The position numbers were made by a program, and so were the translations under genes. Of a stretch of DNA of 64,000 nt, positions 43,583 to 56,731 are shown in pieces. Origin of the DNA: Octopus sinensis (taxonomy: Eukaryota); NCBI RefSeq assembly GCF_006345805.1, contig NC_042997.1, positions 167,400,001 through 167,464,000 of the forward strand, given 5' to 3'. A model generated the notes under the pieces. It saw nothing but the letters and a program-made list of their open reading frames with translations. It searched no databases and had not been told where the DNA came from. Positions within the stretch are counted from its first letter, which is position 1. Every line of letters begins with the position of its first letter.

Positions 43583-44186
43583 ATATAGTTGGTATGCACG
43601 TATATAGTTGTTTAAATGTATGCGTGTATCTATGTGTGTGTATTCATTCATTTGTATGCATGTATATATACATATATATACAATATATCTATAACTACGG
43701 ACATGCATACATACATACACACACATGTGCGTGTGTATATGTGTGTGCGTGTCTGTGTGTTTATATATGTATAAATTATTGGCAGCTGGTATGTCAGTAA
43801 AAAAAAACCCAATGAAATACTGATGGTCGTCTGATTTTAATCAATTGTATTCACTTAGTAATTATTCTGGTATTTATTACTCCAATCTTGTCTATTGAAT
43901 TGTTGACTTAATTACATTTGATATACTTACAGTGATATACACAAAAACACTTACACATTTCGTTATTGTAATGTGAAAGAGGAAAGTGTAGCGCCCATGG
44001 CTTTTCATTTCTTTCGGGACCCACTCGGGTGGAGAGAGGAATTTATCTTTGAAGTGAAGAAATGACCTGAATGCCCACAACAAAATGGACGCTACAAAAG
44101 GTACCCAGATTTCCAGGTGATAGTGTTAAGCTATGCGGTGGATTAAGTCAACTACCCCAGAGCTCAAAAGGGCGAAAGCTGGAATA

Positions 44187-44287
<101 letters not shown>

Positions 44288-44561
44288 GACACACCACAAT
44301 CAATAATATCTAGCGCTTTCGAAGGTTGTAGTGAGGCTGCTGTGTTTAGACTCCTGTTGACGCTAAGTCTTAAAAGAACAGTACATTTTATAAGGTAACA
44401 AAATAATGCAATTCCAGCCTTAAGGACTAGTAATGAATTTTTTCGGACGAATATACAAAATCCTTTACAGGTGAGACATTCTTAATATATGATTCAGGTC
44501 AGTGATAAACGCATGCTAATTTACTTTCACAAACAAAGTAATCAATGGTTTGCTGGGGATA

Positions 44562-44783
44562 AGGTGGCGAGCTGGCAGAAACGTTAGCACGCCAGGCGAA
44601 ATGCTTAGCGGTATTTCGTCTGCCGCTACGTTCTGAGTTCAAATTCTGCCGTGGTCGACTTTGCCTTTCATCCTTTCGGGGTCGATTAAATAAGTACCAG
44701 CTACGCACTGGAGTCGATATAATCGACTTAATTCGTTTGTCTGTCCTCTCTGTGTTTAGCTCCTTCTGGGTAGTAAAGAAATA
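44562..44783 (+). mobile_element. SINE family S1 in the MULE, 15-bp TSD
   Basis: TSD GGTTTGCTGGGGATA at 44547-44561 and 44784-44798. Confidence 0.9.
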
Positions 44784-45324
44784 GGTTTGCTGGGGATACA
44801 TTTATGATAGTTCCATTGTTGTTTCACCAGCTCTATACTTTGCATGGTTTAAGAGAAAAAGCTGCAGTGCCGCTGGTGTTTGCGTTACCACCCAACAAAT
44901 GTGAAGAAACCTATAATCATCTTTTACAGAAAATAATAAATTTAGAGCCATCCTGTGCGCCTTTAACTGTAACGATAGACTTCGAAAAGGTTATGCAGGA
45001 TGCATTCCTTAAGAAATTTCCAAATGTAAAACTCAAAGGGTGTTATTTTCACTTCCGTCAAAGTATATTCAGTTCAATTCAAAGAAATGGTCTCCAGAGA
45101 TTATACGAAACAAAATTCTGAATTTGCTTTGAGGCTTCGGATGTTGTCAGCCATAGCATGGATCGGCCGCCCTGGAAGAAGAAATACGCGAAGGCCTCCT
45201 ATATTTGCTCATGAAATATTCAATGTTTATGATGAGGCTTTGCAAAATTTACCAAGACCAAATAATGCAGTAGAAGGATGGCATAGGGCTTTCCAGGTCC
45301 AAGTAGCTGCTCACCATCCAAATA

Positions 45325-45466
45325 TTAGGTTGTCCCAAAAGTTCGTAAACACTTGCGAAAATTGAATTTTTACTCGCCAAGTTACTAACAAAAACAACAA
45401 AAATTATTCCTCAAAATAAAGACCATTATTTTCCAAGACTTTCTACGAACTTTTGGGACAACCTTA
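45325..45466. mobile_element. Tc1/mariner-type MITE in the MULE
   Basis: TIRs AGGTTGTCCCAAAAGTTCGTA / TACGAACTTTTGGGACAACCT with TA duplication; removing it restores HPNIWKF. Confidence 0.85.
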
Positions 45467-46623
45467 TATATGGAAATTCATTGATTGTCTTAAGAAGGGG
45501 CAAAATTCTAATCTCTCTGGGAGGAACCCTGAAACTACAAAACAGTGCTACCGTGATATTACTAAACGTATGTGGAATAGCACATAACCTTTCTTTTTAA
45601 ATCTTTTCCTTTTTTTGAGAAAAGGTTTTTTCATTTCTCTTTCGATTTGTATCTTTTTAGCTTCGACAGCAATCTTACTGTGTCTTTTTTTAATGAAGAA
45701 TTTTATTTTGTAAATAACTACAAAATCTATGGGTTTTTTTTTACTTTTTAGTTAAATAGCCTTTAATTTTTTTTTAAAGTTCATCACCTCCAAAGATATA
45801 AGCAGTTGTCTTTAAAATAAATTTTACTTGCATTATTTTACATTTCTCATTTGACACGACGTTAAGAATAGAAGATAAATCTATCCATATGTTGTCTCGG
45901 TTCTCTCACAACAGTGTCTTTGAGGCCAAAGCAAATCCTTTTAGACCTTCACAAAACAGAAGTATGACACTTATCTCTTTGCTTGATCTTCAGCTAAGAT
46001 ACATATTCTTTTGTCATACGCAGCTGTCACGCTTCATTCTGTGACAAGATTAGATCCATGTCTAAAGTGACTTGTTGACCTATAATTGTAGCAAAGGGAC
46101 TGGTATTCATTTCTTGTTAATATTTTACATAATTTTGTTGGTTTTGCCGATAACACTTTCTTATATCGTTCATATTTATGTTTTTGAGTATCAACCTGCG
46201 CATGTTTGTGATTGCAATAAGTATTTCAAATCTTATTTCTTCCTGTTTATACCTTCAATATGTTTATCTTAAAATCTTAAAATTTCTTTCGTTTACTCGA
46301 AAAATATTTTATATTTTTTAAGGCGAGCATCTTTTGGTGCCACGCTCTTTCTTGTAAACACTCTTGCTGTTCCGAAAGGTGAGGAAACCTTATTGGAAAA
46401 GCTAAATGTAAACACAGGAATTTTTTTCAAATAAACCTTGTTTAAAGAAAACAGCTATTTTTTTTTTTTTTCACCTCAAGTACTTGGATAAGCATCCAAA
46501 ATTTTCGAAGTCCCCTCTTTGCAATATAACCCAAAACAAAAATGATTCTTCCTGTAAGACTTTAATGTTGAAGCACTTTCAGAGCAGTTCGACAACACAT
46601 CTGTTCACGAGGTGACAAGTTGA

Positions 46624-46779
46624 TTACATCAATTCCAGTGTTTCACTGGTACTTGATTTATCTATCCCGAAAGGATGAAAGGCAAAGTCGACTTGGGCTG
46701 AATTTGAACTCAGAACGTAAAAACAGACAAAATGCCGCAAAGCATTTTGCCCAGCAGGCTAACAATTCTGCCAGCTCGC
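46624..46779 (-). mobile_element. SINE family S1 (partial)
   Basis: Reverse complement of the head and body. Confidence 0.75.
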
Positions 46780-47647
46780 AGACTGGGGGGGGGACGAGAG
46801 GAGGAGGAGGAGGAGGAGGAGGAGGAGGAGGTAACAGTATCGACGACGATGACGACGATGATTATGACGATGATATTTATTTATCATAAGGGCAACAGAT
46901 GGAAAGCATAAAAATATTTCCGTTAACAAAAATAAATTGAATGAAAAAGAATTATTTCAGTGAAAAAAAGAATTATCAATGCGGAATTAATATATTTGGG
47001 ATTGGAGCGAAATTAGATTTTAGTACCGAATGACATTAATAAAAATGAAAGACGTTGCTTTTCTCATTTATTTTTACTGTTCTTTTATTTATTTACTTTT
47101 CGTTTGTTTCCCTTTTTTTTTTTGGTTTTACAACAGGTATCTTTCAGTAAGATTAGCAGCGCGTAAAATATTCAACCTTTATATATAGTTGTTCGCTTTA
47201 TAATCTTATTGTGATAACATTATATAGCAATGATTGAGTGAAACGTGAGTGCGTGAACGATAAAATGATAGAGTTGTATAACACAGTTAGCTGTCGAGAT
47301 GCCGTTTAAAGATTTCATTTTTGTGTATCACTAATAAAACATCCTATTGAAGTCCACCTCTCAAAACGAGTCCACCTCTACTTAAAAAAGGAGTTAAACT
47401 CAGCTCTGCGAATTAACAAAACAATCGTCATTTTTCTGGTATTTGTGCTACTTACAGTAGTGAGCGGTTTTAATTGTTCGATACTATATTACAGTTCAGG
47501 GAATGTTGTGACACTTCTTCATGTTCTCAGCTATCAGCCCATTGCCCGCTGCCCGTTAGGCTGATAAAAAAACGTCAAAGTTTTGGTCGCTCTTTCACAG
47601 GTTTATGGTTGCGCTTTTGACAGTGAAGACCTCCGGTGTTCTTATGT

Positions 47648-48055
47648 CTTTACTACCCACAAGTGGCTTCACACAGAGGGGACAAACAAGGACAGACAAA
47701 CGGATTAAGTCGATTATATCAACCCCAGTGCGTAACTGTTACTTATTTAATCGACCCCGAAAGGATGAAAGGCAAAGTCGACCTCGGCGGAATTTGAACT
47801 CAGAACGTAGCGGCAGACGCAATACCTATTTCTTTACTACCCACAAGGGGCTAAACACGGAGAGGACAAACAAGGACAGACAAACGGATTAAGTCGATTA
47901 TATCGACCCCAGTGCGTAACTGTTACTTATTTAATCGACCCCGAAAGGATGAAAGGCAAAGTCGATCTCGGCGGAAGTTGAACTCAGAACGTAGCCGCAT
48001 TGCGAAATACCGCTAAGTATTTCGCCCGGCGTGCTAACGTTTCTGCCAGCTCGCC
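47648..48055 (-). mobile_element. Tandem pair of SINE S1 copies (one 5'-truncated)
   Basis: 47648-47822 repeats at about 47830-48000; tail subtype identical to 44562-44783. Confidence 0.85.
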
Positions 48056-48610
48056 GGACCATATCCCTACTCACCGCAATTGGGGCAGAAACTGCTGCCC
48101 ACAAGTGCGTGCCCCATGATTCACATTGGCTGTTCCAGCACATCTCCCTTGCTTTCATCCGGTTTGCAATGCCTTTTTCATTTTATCTACTGATGCAATG
48201 AGAAATGTTTCTGTATTATGAGAGGCAAGATTTTCCGTTAATTCCAGAACATTGTACACATGACTATAAATTTTCTCTTTTTACCTATATTCTATTGAAT
48301 GAATTTGAAACACTGATTTTTTTTTCTCGCTTAGAGAATTGATCCGTTTGAGAGGAAACTGTCTTAACTTCAAATACAATACAGCACCGTTAAGAGAACC
48401 AGCCGACAAATTGACTGATTGCTTGATACCTTATCGACTCAGCCGCCTGCCCATCCGTTCTATTTATCCCCTCATTTGTAGTGTCTACATTTAAGCAACA
48501 GAAAGTATCACATATAATCGTAGGTTTTGCACATATACATAATAGCTATCTCATAAATAATCTATAAAAATGAAATGTGTGCATTTAGTCTTTACTTAAT
48601 CATCAGATTA

Positions 48611-48784
48611 AGGCGTAGGAGTGGCTGTGTGGTAAGTAGCTTGCTTACCAACCACATGGTTCCGGGACCAGTCCCACTGCGTGGCACCTTGGGCAAGTGC
48701 CTTCTACTATAGCCTTGGGACGACCAAAGCCTTGTTAGTGGATTTAGTAGACGGAAACTGAAAGAAGCTCGTCGTATATATGTG

Positions 48785-48851
<67 letters not shown>

Positions 48852-49090
48852 TGTGTGTGTGTGTGTGTGTGTGTCTGTGTCTGTGTCTGTGTTTATCCCA
48901 CCAACATCGCTTGACAACCGATGCTGGTGTATTTACGTCCCCGTAACTTAGCGGTTCGGCAAAAGAGAGCAATAGAATAAGTACTAGGCTTACAAAGAAT
49001 AAGTCCTGGGGTCGATTTGCTCAACTAAAGGCGGTGCTCCAGCATGGTCACAGTCAAATGACTGAAACAAGTAAAAGAGTAAAAGAGTAA
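48611..49090 (+). mobile_element. SINE family S2
   Basis: Full length with an internal (GT)n and (AAGAGTA)n tail. Confidence 0.85.
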
Positions 49091-49547
49091 AGCTGGTTAT
49101 TTTCTCTTAAAGTATCAGTCATCACTTGAAAAATGAACCGATTGATCCCATTCTGTGATGGAAACTGCCATATAGCCATTGGCTGTTTTCAATAGTATTC
49201 TAGTTTCCACTAGTTTCGGAGGTACAGTAAAAAGAAATTGTTATGGCTGCTGTTGACGTTATTCATTTTGTTACTATTAAGGTATGCTCTGATCACATCG
49301 AGTCAGGTTGGACTAAAGGCAAGTGTTAGCCGACCGAATATCTAGAAGCAAATCAAAGCTCAATTACAACCAGTATACGGATTTAAAATGCCTGTTTATG
49401 CCGAACATTAGCATTAAATCATTCTTCTAATGTTGGTCATCTTGCACTCATTGGGTGTACAGACCTTTAAGATTGGGAGTTTGAAACCTAACATACGGCG
49501 CACATTGTAAAAAAACTAGTGGAAGTTTTGTAGTGTATATATATATA

Positions 49548-49925
49548 TTAGTTAGTTAGTTAGTTAGTTAATTTGGCTCAAAAGCAAATAGCAAGGCCAT
49601 GTAGGGGGACATGGAGTTAATTACAGGGTGGTGTTCATGTAAAGAGTTCAGACCACTTGAGGTCAAGGGAGGCTTTGAACAAAGCGGTCGTCGGCATCTT
49701 CACCATCTCGTCTGGCAGCTTGTTCCACGGATCCGCAACCCGGACGGAGAAAGCTCCTCTCCTTCGATTGAGATGAAATCGTCGCAGGTAGAGCTTTTCG
49801 GAATGACCCCGCAGCCGACGCTCTGGAGCAGGAGTGAAGAACAGCTCTTTCGAGAGGTTACACTTTCCGCTTATGATGTTGTGGGCGAGAATGAGATCAC
49901 CACGGCGGCGGCGTTTTTCAAGAGA
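49548..49925 (-). mobile_element. CR1/L2-type LINE 3' end
   Basis: SLEKRRRRGDLI...RGHSEKL...FSVRVADPWNKLP; (TAAC)n tail at 49548-49570. Confidence 0.8.
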
Positions 49926-50103
49926 ATATATATATAATTCATATAAATACATACACACACACGTACATGTGTGCGTGCGTGCGTGTGTGCAGATTTATAT
50001 ATATATGTGTATGTGCCCGTACAAGATTAAGAATTTGTAACTCATAAGCATCTAATTATCAATGTGGAAAAATTATCAGAAAAACCATTTGTATTCATTT
50101 CTT

Positions 50104-50142
<39 letters not shown>

Positions 50143-50657
50143 CGTCTATATGAGTTAGATGTTAAACAACCATCTAAGGGATAAAAAAAAATATCCAGTA
50201 TACTACTGGGTGTATACCTATGTATTTATATCCAAATGCTTACTGTTGTAAGGCAGTAGTACAATTGAACAATAGGTATGAGTGGAGGTAAACGAAACTT
50301 TACCCAGAATTTATAAGTCAAAGAAGAAAATTAAGAAGAAAATTATTTGACAAACATCAGTCTACAGACATCAATTAAATCTATTTATTAATAACAATCA
50401 TATGGATAAATAAATAAATAAATAAATAAATATATAAATAAGAATAAACGAGTGAATAGAACTTTAGTCTTACAGTTGTTTCTACTTTGAGGGTCCAGCA
50501 TGCCAAGTTGGCACATATTATACAGAGATTGTACAAAAGTTGAACAAACGTTGGACAGAAGCTGGACAATAACTGAACCCCAAAGCTTCATCAGAGAGTC
50601 CAAACTTGTAAAAAAAGTAAAATAAAATAATAAAATGATAAAAATAGTAAAAATTGT

Positions 50658-51070
50658 AGGCGCATGAGTGGCTGTGTGGTAAGTAGCTTGCTTACCAACC
50701 ACATGGTTCCGGGTTCAGTCCCACTGCGTGGCACCTTGGGCAAGTGTCTTCTACTATAGCCTCGGGCCGACCAAAGCCTTGTGAGTGCATTTGGTAGATA
50801 GAAACTGAAAGAAGCCCGTCGTATATTTGTATATATGTATATGTATGTGTGTATATGTTTGTGTGTCTGTTTGTCCCCCAACATCGCTTGACAACCGATG
50901 CTGGTGTGTTTACGTCCCCGTAACTTAGCGGTTCGGAAAATGAGACCGATAGAATAAATACTAGGCTTACAAAGAATAAGTCTTGGGGTCGATTTGCTCG
51001 ACTAAAGGTGGTGCTCCAACATGGCCGCAGTCAAATGACTGAAACAAGTAAAAGAGTAAAAGAGTAAAAG
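50658..51070 (+). mobile_element. SINE family S2
   Basis: Full-length match. Confidence 0.85.
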
Positions 51071-51908
51071 AATAGTAAGAAATGGTAAAAAAGTAAATTC
51101 CAAAATAATATCCAGAGGTTGTGATGTACGTATGTGTGTGTGTATGTATGTATGTATGTTTGTAGAGAAGGTGCATGGCTTATTGGTTAAGGTGTATATG
51201 TATGTATATATATATATACACATACACACACATACACACAAACGGGTATGTTTGAAAAGGATATATTTCAAATATTTTTATTTAGCTGACATATCTTTGG
51301 ATTATACAAGACTATTCTTAATCCTTACAGCTCTGTTACGGCTCATTGTCACCCTTTCGCTATTCCATTCCCCTCTCATTGCTTCTCTCACACACTCACA
51401 TACATTTATCACTCTTCTACACGTATCCCAAAGACATCGGTAATGGAAGATGTCATAACGGCAGTAATGCGATAAATATGTAAATGTACATGTGTATCAG
51501 TGTGTGTGATATAGGCTAATATATTCGACAGACAAAATGGAACCAAAATCTGTTTCTGATTTAAATTAATGTCGCCTTCTTCTGGTACACCCTGGCTACA
51601 GGGAGGGATGTCCGTACGGCAATCAGCATGGCTGGATCTACATAAACTTACATTTTTTTATGCCGTTCACTTCTGACGATGGACTTTTGTGCCTGAAATA
51701 TATAAAAGTCACTTAACTTTTCCTTTCCACATTGTTAGAAGCTCTCCGCCTTCATTATTTGTTATTTTACTTGTGTGTCACAATGCTTCAAGCAAACTAC
51801 AACGTTGTTATTATTACGTCTAGATATGTTTGAAACTAAAACGCTACAGAAACAGCCTACGATATTCTAACACTAAACTTAACTTTAAATCTAACCCTAC
51901 CTGATGGT

Positions 51909-52247
51909 GAAGGCGCATGGCTCAGTGGTTAGAGCGTCGAGCTTACGATCGTGAGGTTGTGAGTTCGAATCCCGGACCGGGCTGCGTGTTGTGTTCTTGA
52001 GCAAGACACTTTATTTCACGTTGCTCCAGTTCACTCAGCTGTAGAAATGAGTTACGACGTCACAGGTGCCAAGCTGTATCAGCCTTTGCCTTTCCCTTAG
52101 ATAACACTGGTGCCGTGGAGAGGGAAGGTCGGTATGCATGGGCGACTGTTGGCTTTCCATAAACAACCTTGCCCAGACTTGTACCTTGGAGTGTAACTTT
52201 CTAGGTGCAAACCCATGGTCAGTGTCATGACCGAAGTGGGTCACAAC
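51909..52247 (+). mobile_element. tRNA-derived SINE family S4
   Basis: GAAGGCGCATGGCTCAGTGGTTAGAGC...GAGTTCGAATCCC (A and B boxes) followed by a non-tRNA body; matches 63424-63756. Confidence 0.85.
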
Positions 52248-52623
52248 AACAGCAACAACCTACTAATTCACAATGGTTTGTTATTTCGACTATATAATGT
52301 TGGTGTTTTTTCTTTTAAGTTGGTGGGTAAAGAAGTGTCCATGACACTTTACACGACCTCCAAGAATGGTGGGAAGTAGAATGGAGGCCTGGCCCGAATG
52401 ATTGCACCAGAGTGGGTTCTGCTAATGGCTCTCAAGATGCCAGGTGCTGTACTTAAACTGAGCGACCAGCTTAAGTCAACCACCCAAATAAACTATGGCT
52501 GTATTTGAACTCATTACGCAAAGAGCTGGAATCAATACAGCAAGGCAAGTTTTCCTGAAGTTTAGAATTCAGTTACACTTTTCAAAGCTACGGCAATGGT
52601 GGAAGTAATTAAGGTTAATGAAT

Positions 52624-54320
52624 TATGGTATAGACATCAGTTTATTGGTGCTTTTCTGACTAAATGAACTGAAAGAAGTAAAATACAATGCCCTTCCGCC
52701 AAGGAAGCTGACACAAATACTGGACCGACTTCAGTATATTATTTGTGCATAGATAAATAACAAACAGGGCTCCCTCAACATTAATGTACAGTTTTAGTAT
52801 GATTTCGAGCATTAAAGCGGCGAGCTGGCAGGATTGTTAGTGCACCGAAAAATGCTTAGCGGTATTTTGTCCGTTTTTACATTCTGAGTTCAAAATTCGT
52901 CGAGGTTGATATTTCCCTTCATTCTTTCTGGTCAACGAAATAAATAACTACCAGTTCAGGAATGAAGTCAATGTAATCGAGAAGCCCCTGTTCCCGAACT
53001 TTCAGACCTTGTGCCTATAATAAGGGTTAGGGTTAGGGTTAGGGTTTCGAGAGTTACAGATGAGCGAGCCAGTGGAAAGGTGATTTTTATTCTGTAGTCG
53101 TTGCAGCACTCTGTTCCAAATCATATCGTGGAATCTTAGTGTCACTGAGTGGAATGGCTCCCGGAAGTAAACCAGTGAATTGTAATACTATACAAATAAC
53201 GAATATTTCCTGAGTTTGCTTTGAACGAGTTCTTTTAAACGCTTGGACCATGACAGAAGAGTTACAAACCATCAATTCGCAATAAAGTCATTATGGAATT
53301 ATTGAAAATTCGTTAATGAATCAAAAGGGAACATCAACGTAATTACTGGACCTACAAGAAATAGCAGCCAAGTCAACTTCATATCACATAAACTGACTAA
53401 TTGTTCACTCTATGGTATAGACATCAGTTTATTGGTGCTTTTCTGACTAAATGAACTGAAAGAAGTAAAATACAATGCCCTTCCGCCAAGGAAGCTGACA
53501 CAAATACTGGACCGACTTCAGTATATTATTTGTGCATAGATAAATAACAAACAGGGCTCCCTCAACATTAATGTACAGTTTTAGTATGATTTCGAGCATT
53601 AAAGCGGCGAGCTGGCAGGATTGTTAGTGCACCGAAAAATGCTTAGCGGTATTTTGTCCGTTTTTACATTCTGAGTTCAAAATTCGTCGAGGTTGATATT
53701 TCCCTTCATTTTTCTGGTCAACGAATAAATAACTACCAGTTCAGGAATGAAGTCAATGTAATCGAGAAGCCCCTGTTCCCGAACTTTCAGACCTTGTGCC
53801 TATAATAAGGGTTAGTTAGGGTTAGGGTTTCGAGAGTTACAGATGAGCGAGCCTGGAAAGGTGATTTTTATTCTGTAGTCGTTGCAGCACTCTGTTCCAA
53901 ATCATATCGTGGAATCTTAGTGTCACTGAGTGGAATGGCTCCCGGAAGTAAACCAGTGAATTGTAATACTATACAAATAACGAATATTTCCTGAGTTTGC
54001 TTTGAACGAGTTCTTTTAAACGCTTGGACCATGACAGAAGAGTTACAACCATCAATTCGCAATAAAGTCATTATGGAATTATTAAAAATCGTTAATGAAT
54101 CAAAAGGGAACATCAACGTAATTACTGGACCTACAAGAAATAGCAGCCAAGTCAACTTCTATCACAATACTGACTAATTGTTCACTCTATGGTATAGACA
54201 TCAGTTTATTGGTGCTTTTCTGACTAAATGAACTGAAAGAAGTAAAATACAATGCCCTTCCGCCAGGGAAGCTGACACAAATACTGGACTGACTTCAGTA
54301 TATTATTTGTGCATAGATAA
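52624..54320 (+). repeat. ~780-bp tandem duplication (~2.2 copies), each full unit containing an S1 SINE and TTAGGG repeats
   Basis: Unit starts TATGGTATAGACATCAG at 52624, 53411 and 54188; copies differ mostly by 1-2-bp indels. Confidence 0.9.
53021..53046 (+). repeat. Interstitial telomere-type repeat TAAGGG(TTAGGG)3TT (second copy 53806-53829)
   Basis: Directly visible, immediately after the SINE tail CCTTGTGCCTATAA. Confidence 0.8.
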
Positions 54321-54959
54321 TCAACGCTTTAGTCTCATATATCTGCCGAAGGAAGTTTCTATGTCGTCACTGAACAGGCGAGAAATAACAGACAGTGCTC
54401 CCTCAATATTCACACCAATCGTCTTAAACAACGAACGGTGTATTGGCTAATGTATTGGCATTTAGCGATGCAATCGTAGATAGACTGAAAAATAGAGAAA
54501 CGATTGTCAAGATACAACGCCTTTGATTATAAGTCTATCATTATACAATAATTAAAGCGTTAAACCATTTGTAACATTTTGGAACATCTTGTTCTTTAAA
54601 ACCACAGAAATTCATAGAGAAAGATAAAAAAACTGCCAACTTTTCTACCTGACGTTTCTCTATGTGACTGCAGTCCCGCCACTGTGGAATCCGTTTTCGT
54701 CAGCATGAAATAGAATAATATTAGGAAGAGAAATGTATAAGACTTGGTAGACAGATGCCAGATGTTGGTTACAATAATAATGCTTATCATGGTTCTCTTA
54801 TGCAACACAGATAACAGAGTCTATTTACACAATTCATATTTCGTCGTAGCAATATGGATCGTGTGTGCAGACATGTAGGCACACATTTATAACGTATAAC
54901 AATACACACATATATACGCACTCTCTCTCTCTTTCTCTTTCTCTTTCTCTTTCTCTTCA

Positions 54960-54980
54960 TATATTAATATATATATATAT

Positions 54981-55067
<87 letters not shown>

Positions 55068-55130
55068 ATATATTAGGTATAGGTATAAATATATATATAT
55101 ATACACATTATACATATATCTACATATATG

Positions 55131-55169
<39 letters not shown>

Positions 55170-55267
55170 CATACATGCACATACACACAGATATGTAGGT
55201 ATATACATACAAATATACATATATATGTATCAATGTATATATTTATGCAGATATGCGAGTATGTATG

Positions 55268-55322
<55 letters not shown>

Positions 55323-55453
55323 GTATGATGTATGTATGTATGTATGAATGTATGTATGTATGTATGCATGCAAGCATGTATATAACGTATATACATAAAT
55401 ATGTATATATATGTATATATATAATATATATACATATATATATAAAAATGTAT

Positions 55454-55484
<31 letters not shown>

Positions 55485-55562
55485 CACATACATGCATACA
55501 TATAATATAAACAGATACATGTGTGTGGTGTGTGTCTATCTATCTATCTATCTATATATATA

Positions 55563-55607
<45 letters not shown>

Positions 55608-55618
55608 TACATACATAC

Positions 55619-55661
<43 letters not shown>

Positions 55662-55684
55662 TATATATATATAATATTATATAT

Positions 55685-55717
<33 letters not shown>

Positions 55718-55720
55718 CAT
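54960..55720. repeat. Compound (TA)n/(TATG)n microsatellite tract
   Basis: Directly visible. Confidence 0.95.
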
Positions 55721-56403
55721 GTGTGCGTATATTCGTCTGTATAAACATAGATATATGTATTTATCTATACAGAAATGCACACACACACGCACGCACGCAC
55801 ACACACTCATACGCACACACTCGCACACACAGATACACACACCTACGTCGAGGCATTGGATCGGCGAAACTTCGAAATTTCTATTATTACTTTTCCTTGT
55901 AAAAATAAACACCATTCTCCTATATATTACGCGCTTCTTCAGTTTTAAGTTTTATTGCCATTATATGAATTTATAAATAAAACACACATCAATACACACA
56001 CACATACATATGTAGAGAGAGAGAGAAGGGGAAATGAAGGGTGCGAAATAGGGGGAGAAATGTACAGGGGTTGAATTGATAAAAGAGCGTATTAAAGAAA
56101 AAGAAACATTAAAAATATACGCAACCTGACACCAACAATTTGGAATTTTAATCTGAGGACCATTCGGATCGTTAAATATGTGGCGTGATTTTAATTCTGT
56201 TTTACTTTCTTAACTTACTTTTGTTTCATTCTGACGCCATTTTGTTTTTTTGTTTGTTTTTTTGTTTGTTTGTTTTTGTTTTTGTTAATAAGTTAGTGGC
56301 CAAGGCCAGAAAGTCATTGTTCGTGGCCTTTGCAGACACTGACCGACTGATGAGATTGGTTCCTGCTCTAGCTCAGCTTCGACATCTATAGAGAAAATAT
56401 CTG

Positions 56404-56634
56404 TTTCTTTATTACCCACAAGAGGCTAAACATAGAGGAGACAAACAAGGACAGATAAAACGGATTAAGTCGATTACATCGACTCCAGTGCGTAAGTGGT
56501 ACTTAATTTATCGACCCCGAAAGGATGAAAAGCAAAGACGACCTCGGCGGAATTTGAACACAGAACGTAGCGACGGGCGAAATACCGCGAAGCACTTCGC
56601 CCGGCGTGTTAACGTCTCTGCCAGCTCGCCGCCT
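56404..56634 (-). mobile_element. SINE family S1
   Basis: Full-length reverse copy. Confidence 0.85.
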
Positions 56635-56731
56635 CCACAGCTATAGAGAAAATATCGAGGGCCTTGTCTAAATGATTGCAATAGAGTAAACTCCACAAAA
56701 GTCAGTGATGGAATATATGTTAGATGGTATT

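Larger units (their letters stand above)
44410..45590 (+). mobile_element. MULE (Mutator-like) transposase pseudogene with two nested insertions
   Basis: WFAGDTF (cf. WFADGTF), HQLYTLHG...VPLVFAL, TIDFEK...CYFHFRQ, PRPNNAVEGWH, HHPNI|WKFIDCL. Confidence 0.85.

Noticed and set aside
51909-51985. tRNA genes at the SINE heads (also 13416, 36751, 63690)
   Set aside because: A and B boxes are present, but each continues into a shared non-tRNA body and lacks a proper acceptor stem; these are SINE heads.
53021-53046. True telomere or chromosome fusion site
   Set aside because: Only 3-4 units, single orientation, no head-to-head CCCTAA array.
54596-54808. Possible signal-peptide exon on the minus strand
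   Set aside because: The hydrophobicity is explained by AT-rich codons; there is no recognisable family, and joining it to the downstream candidate exon gives only a short peptide.
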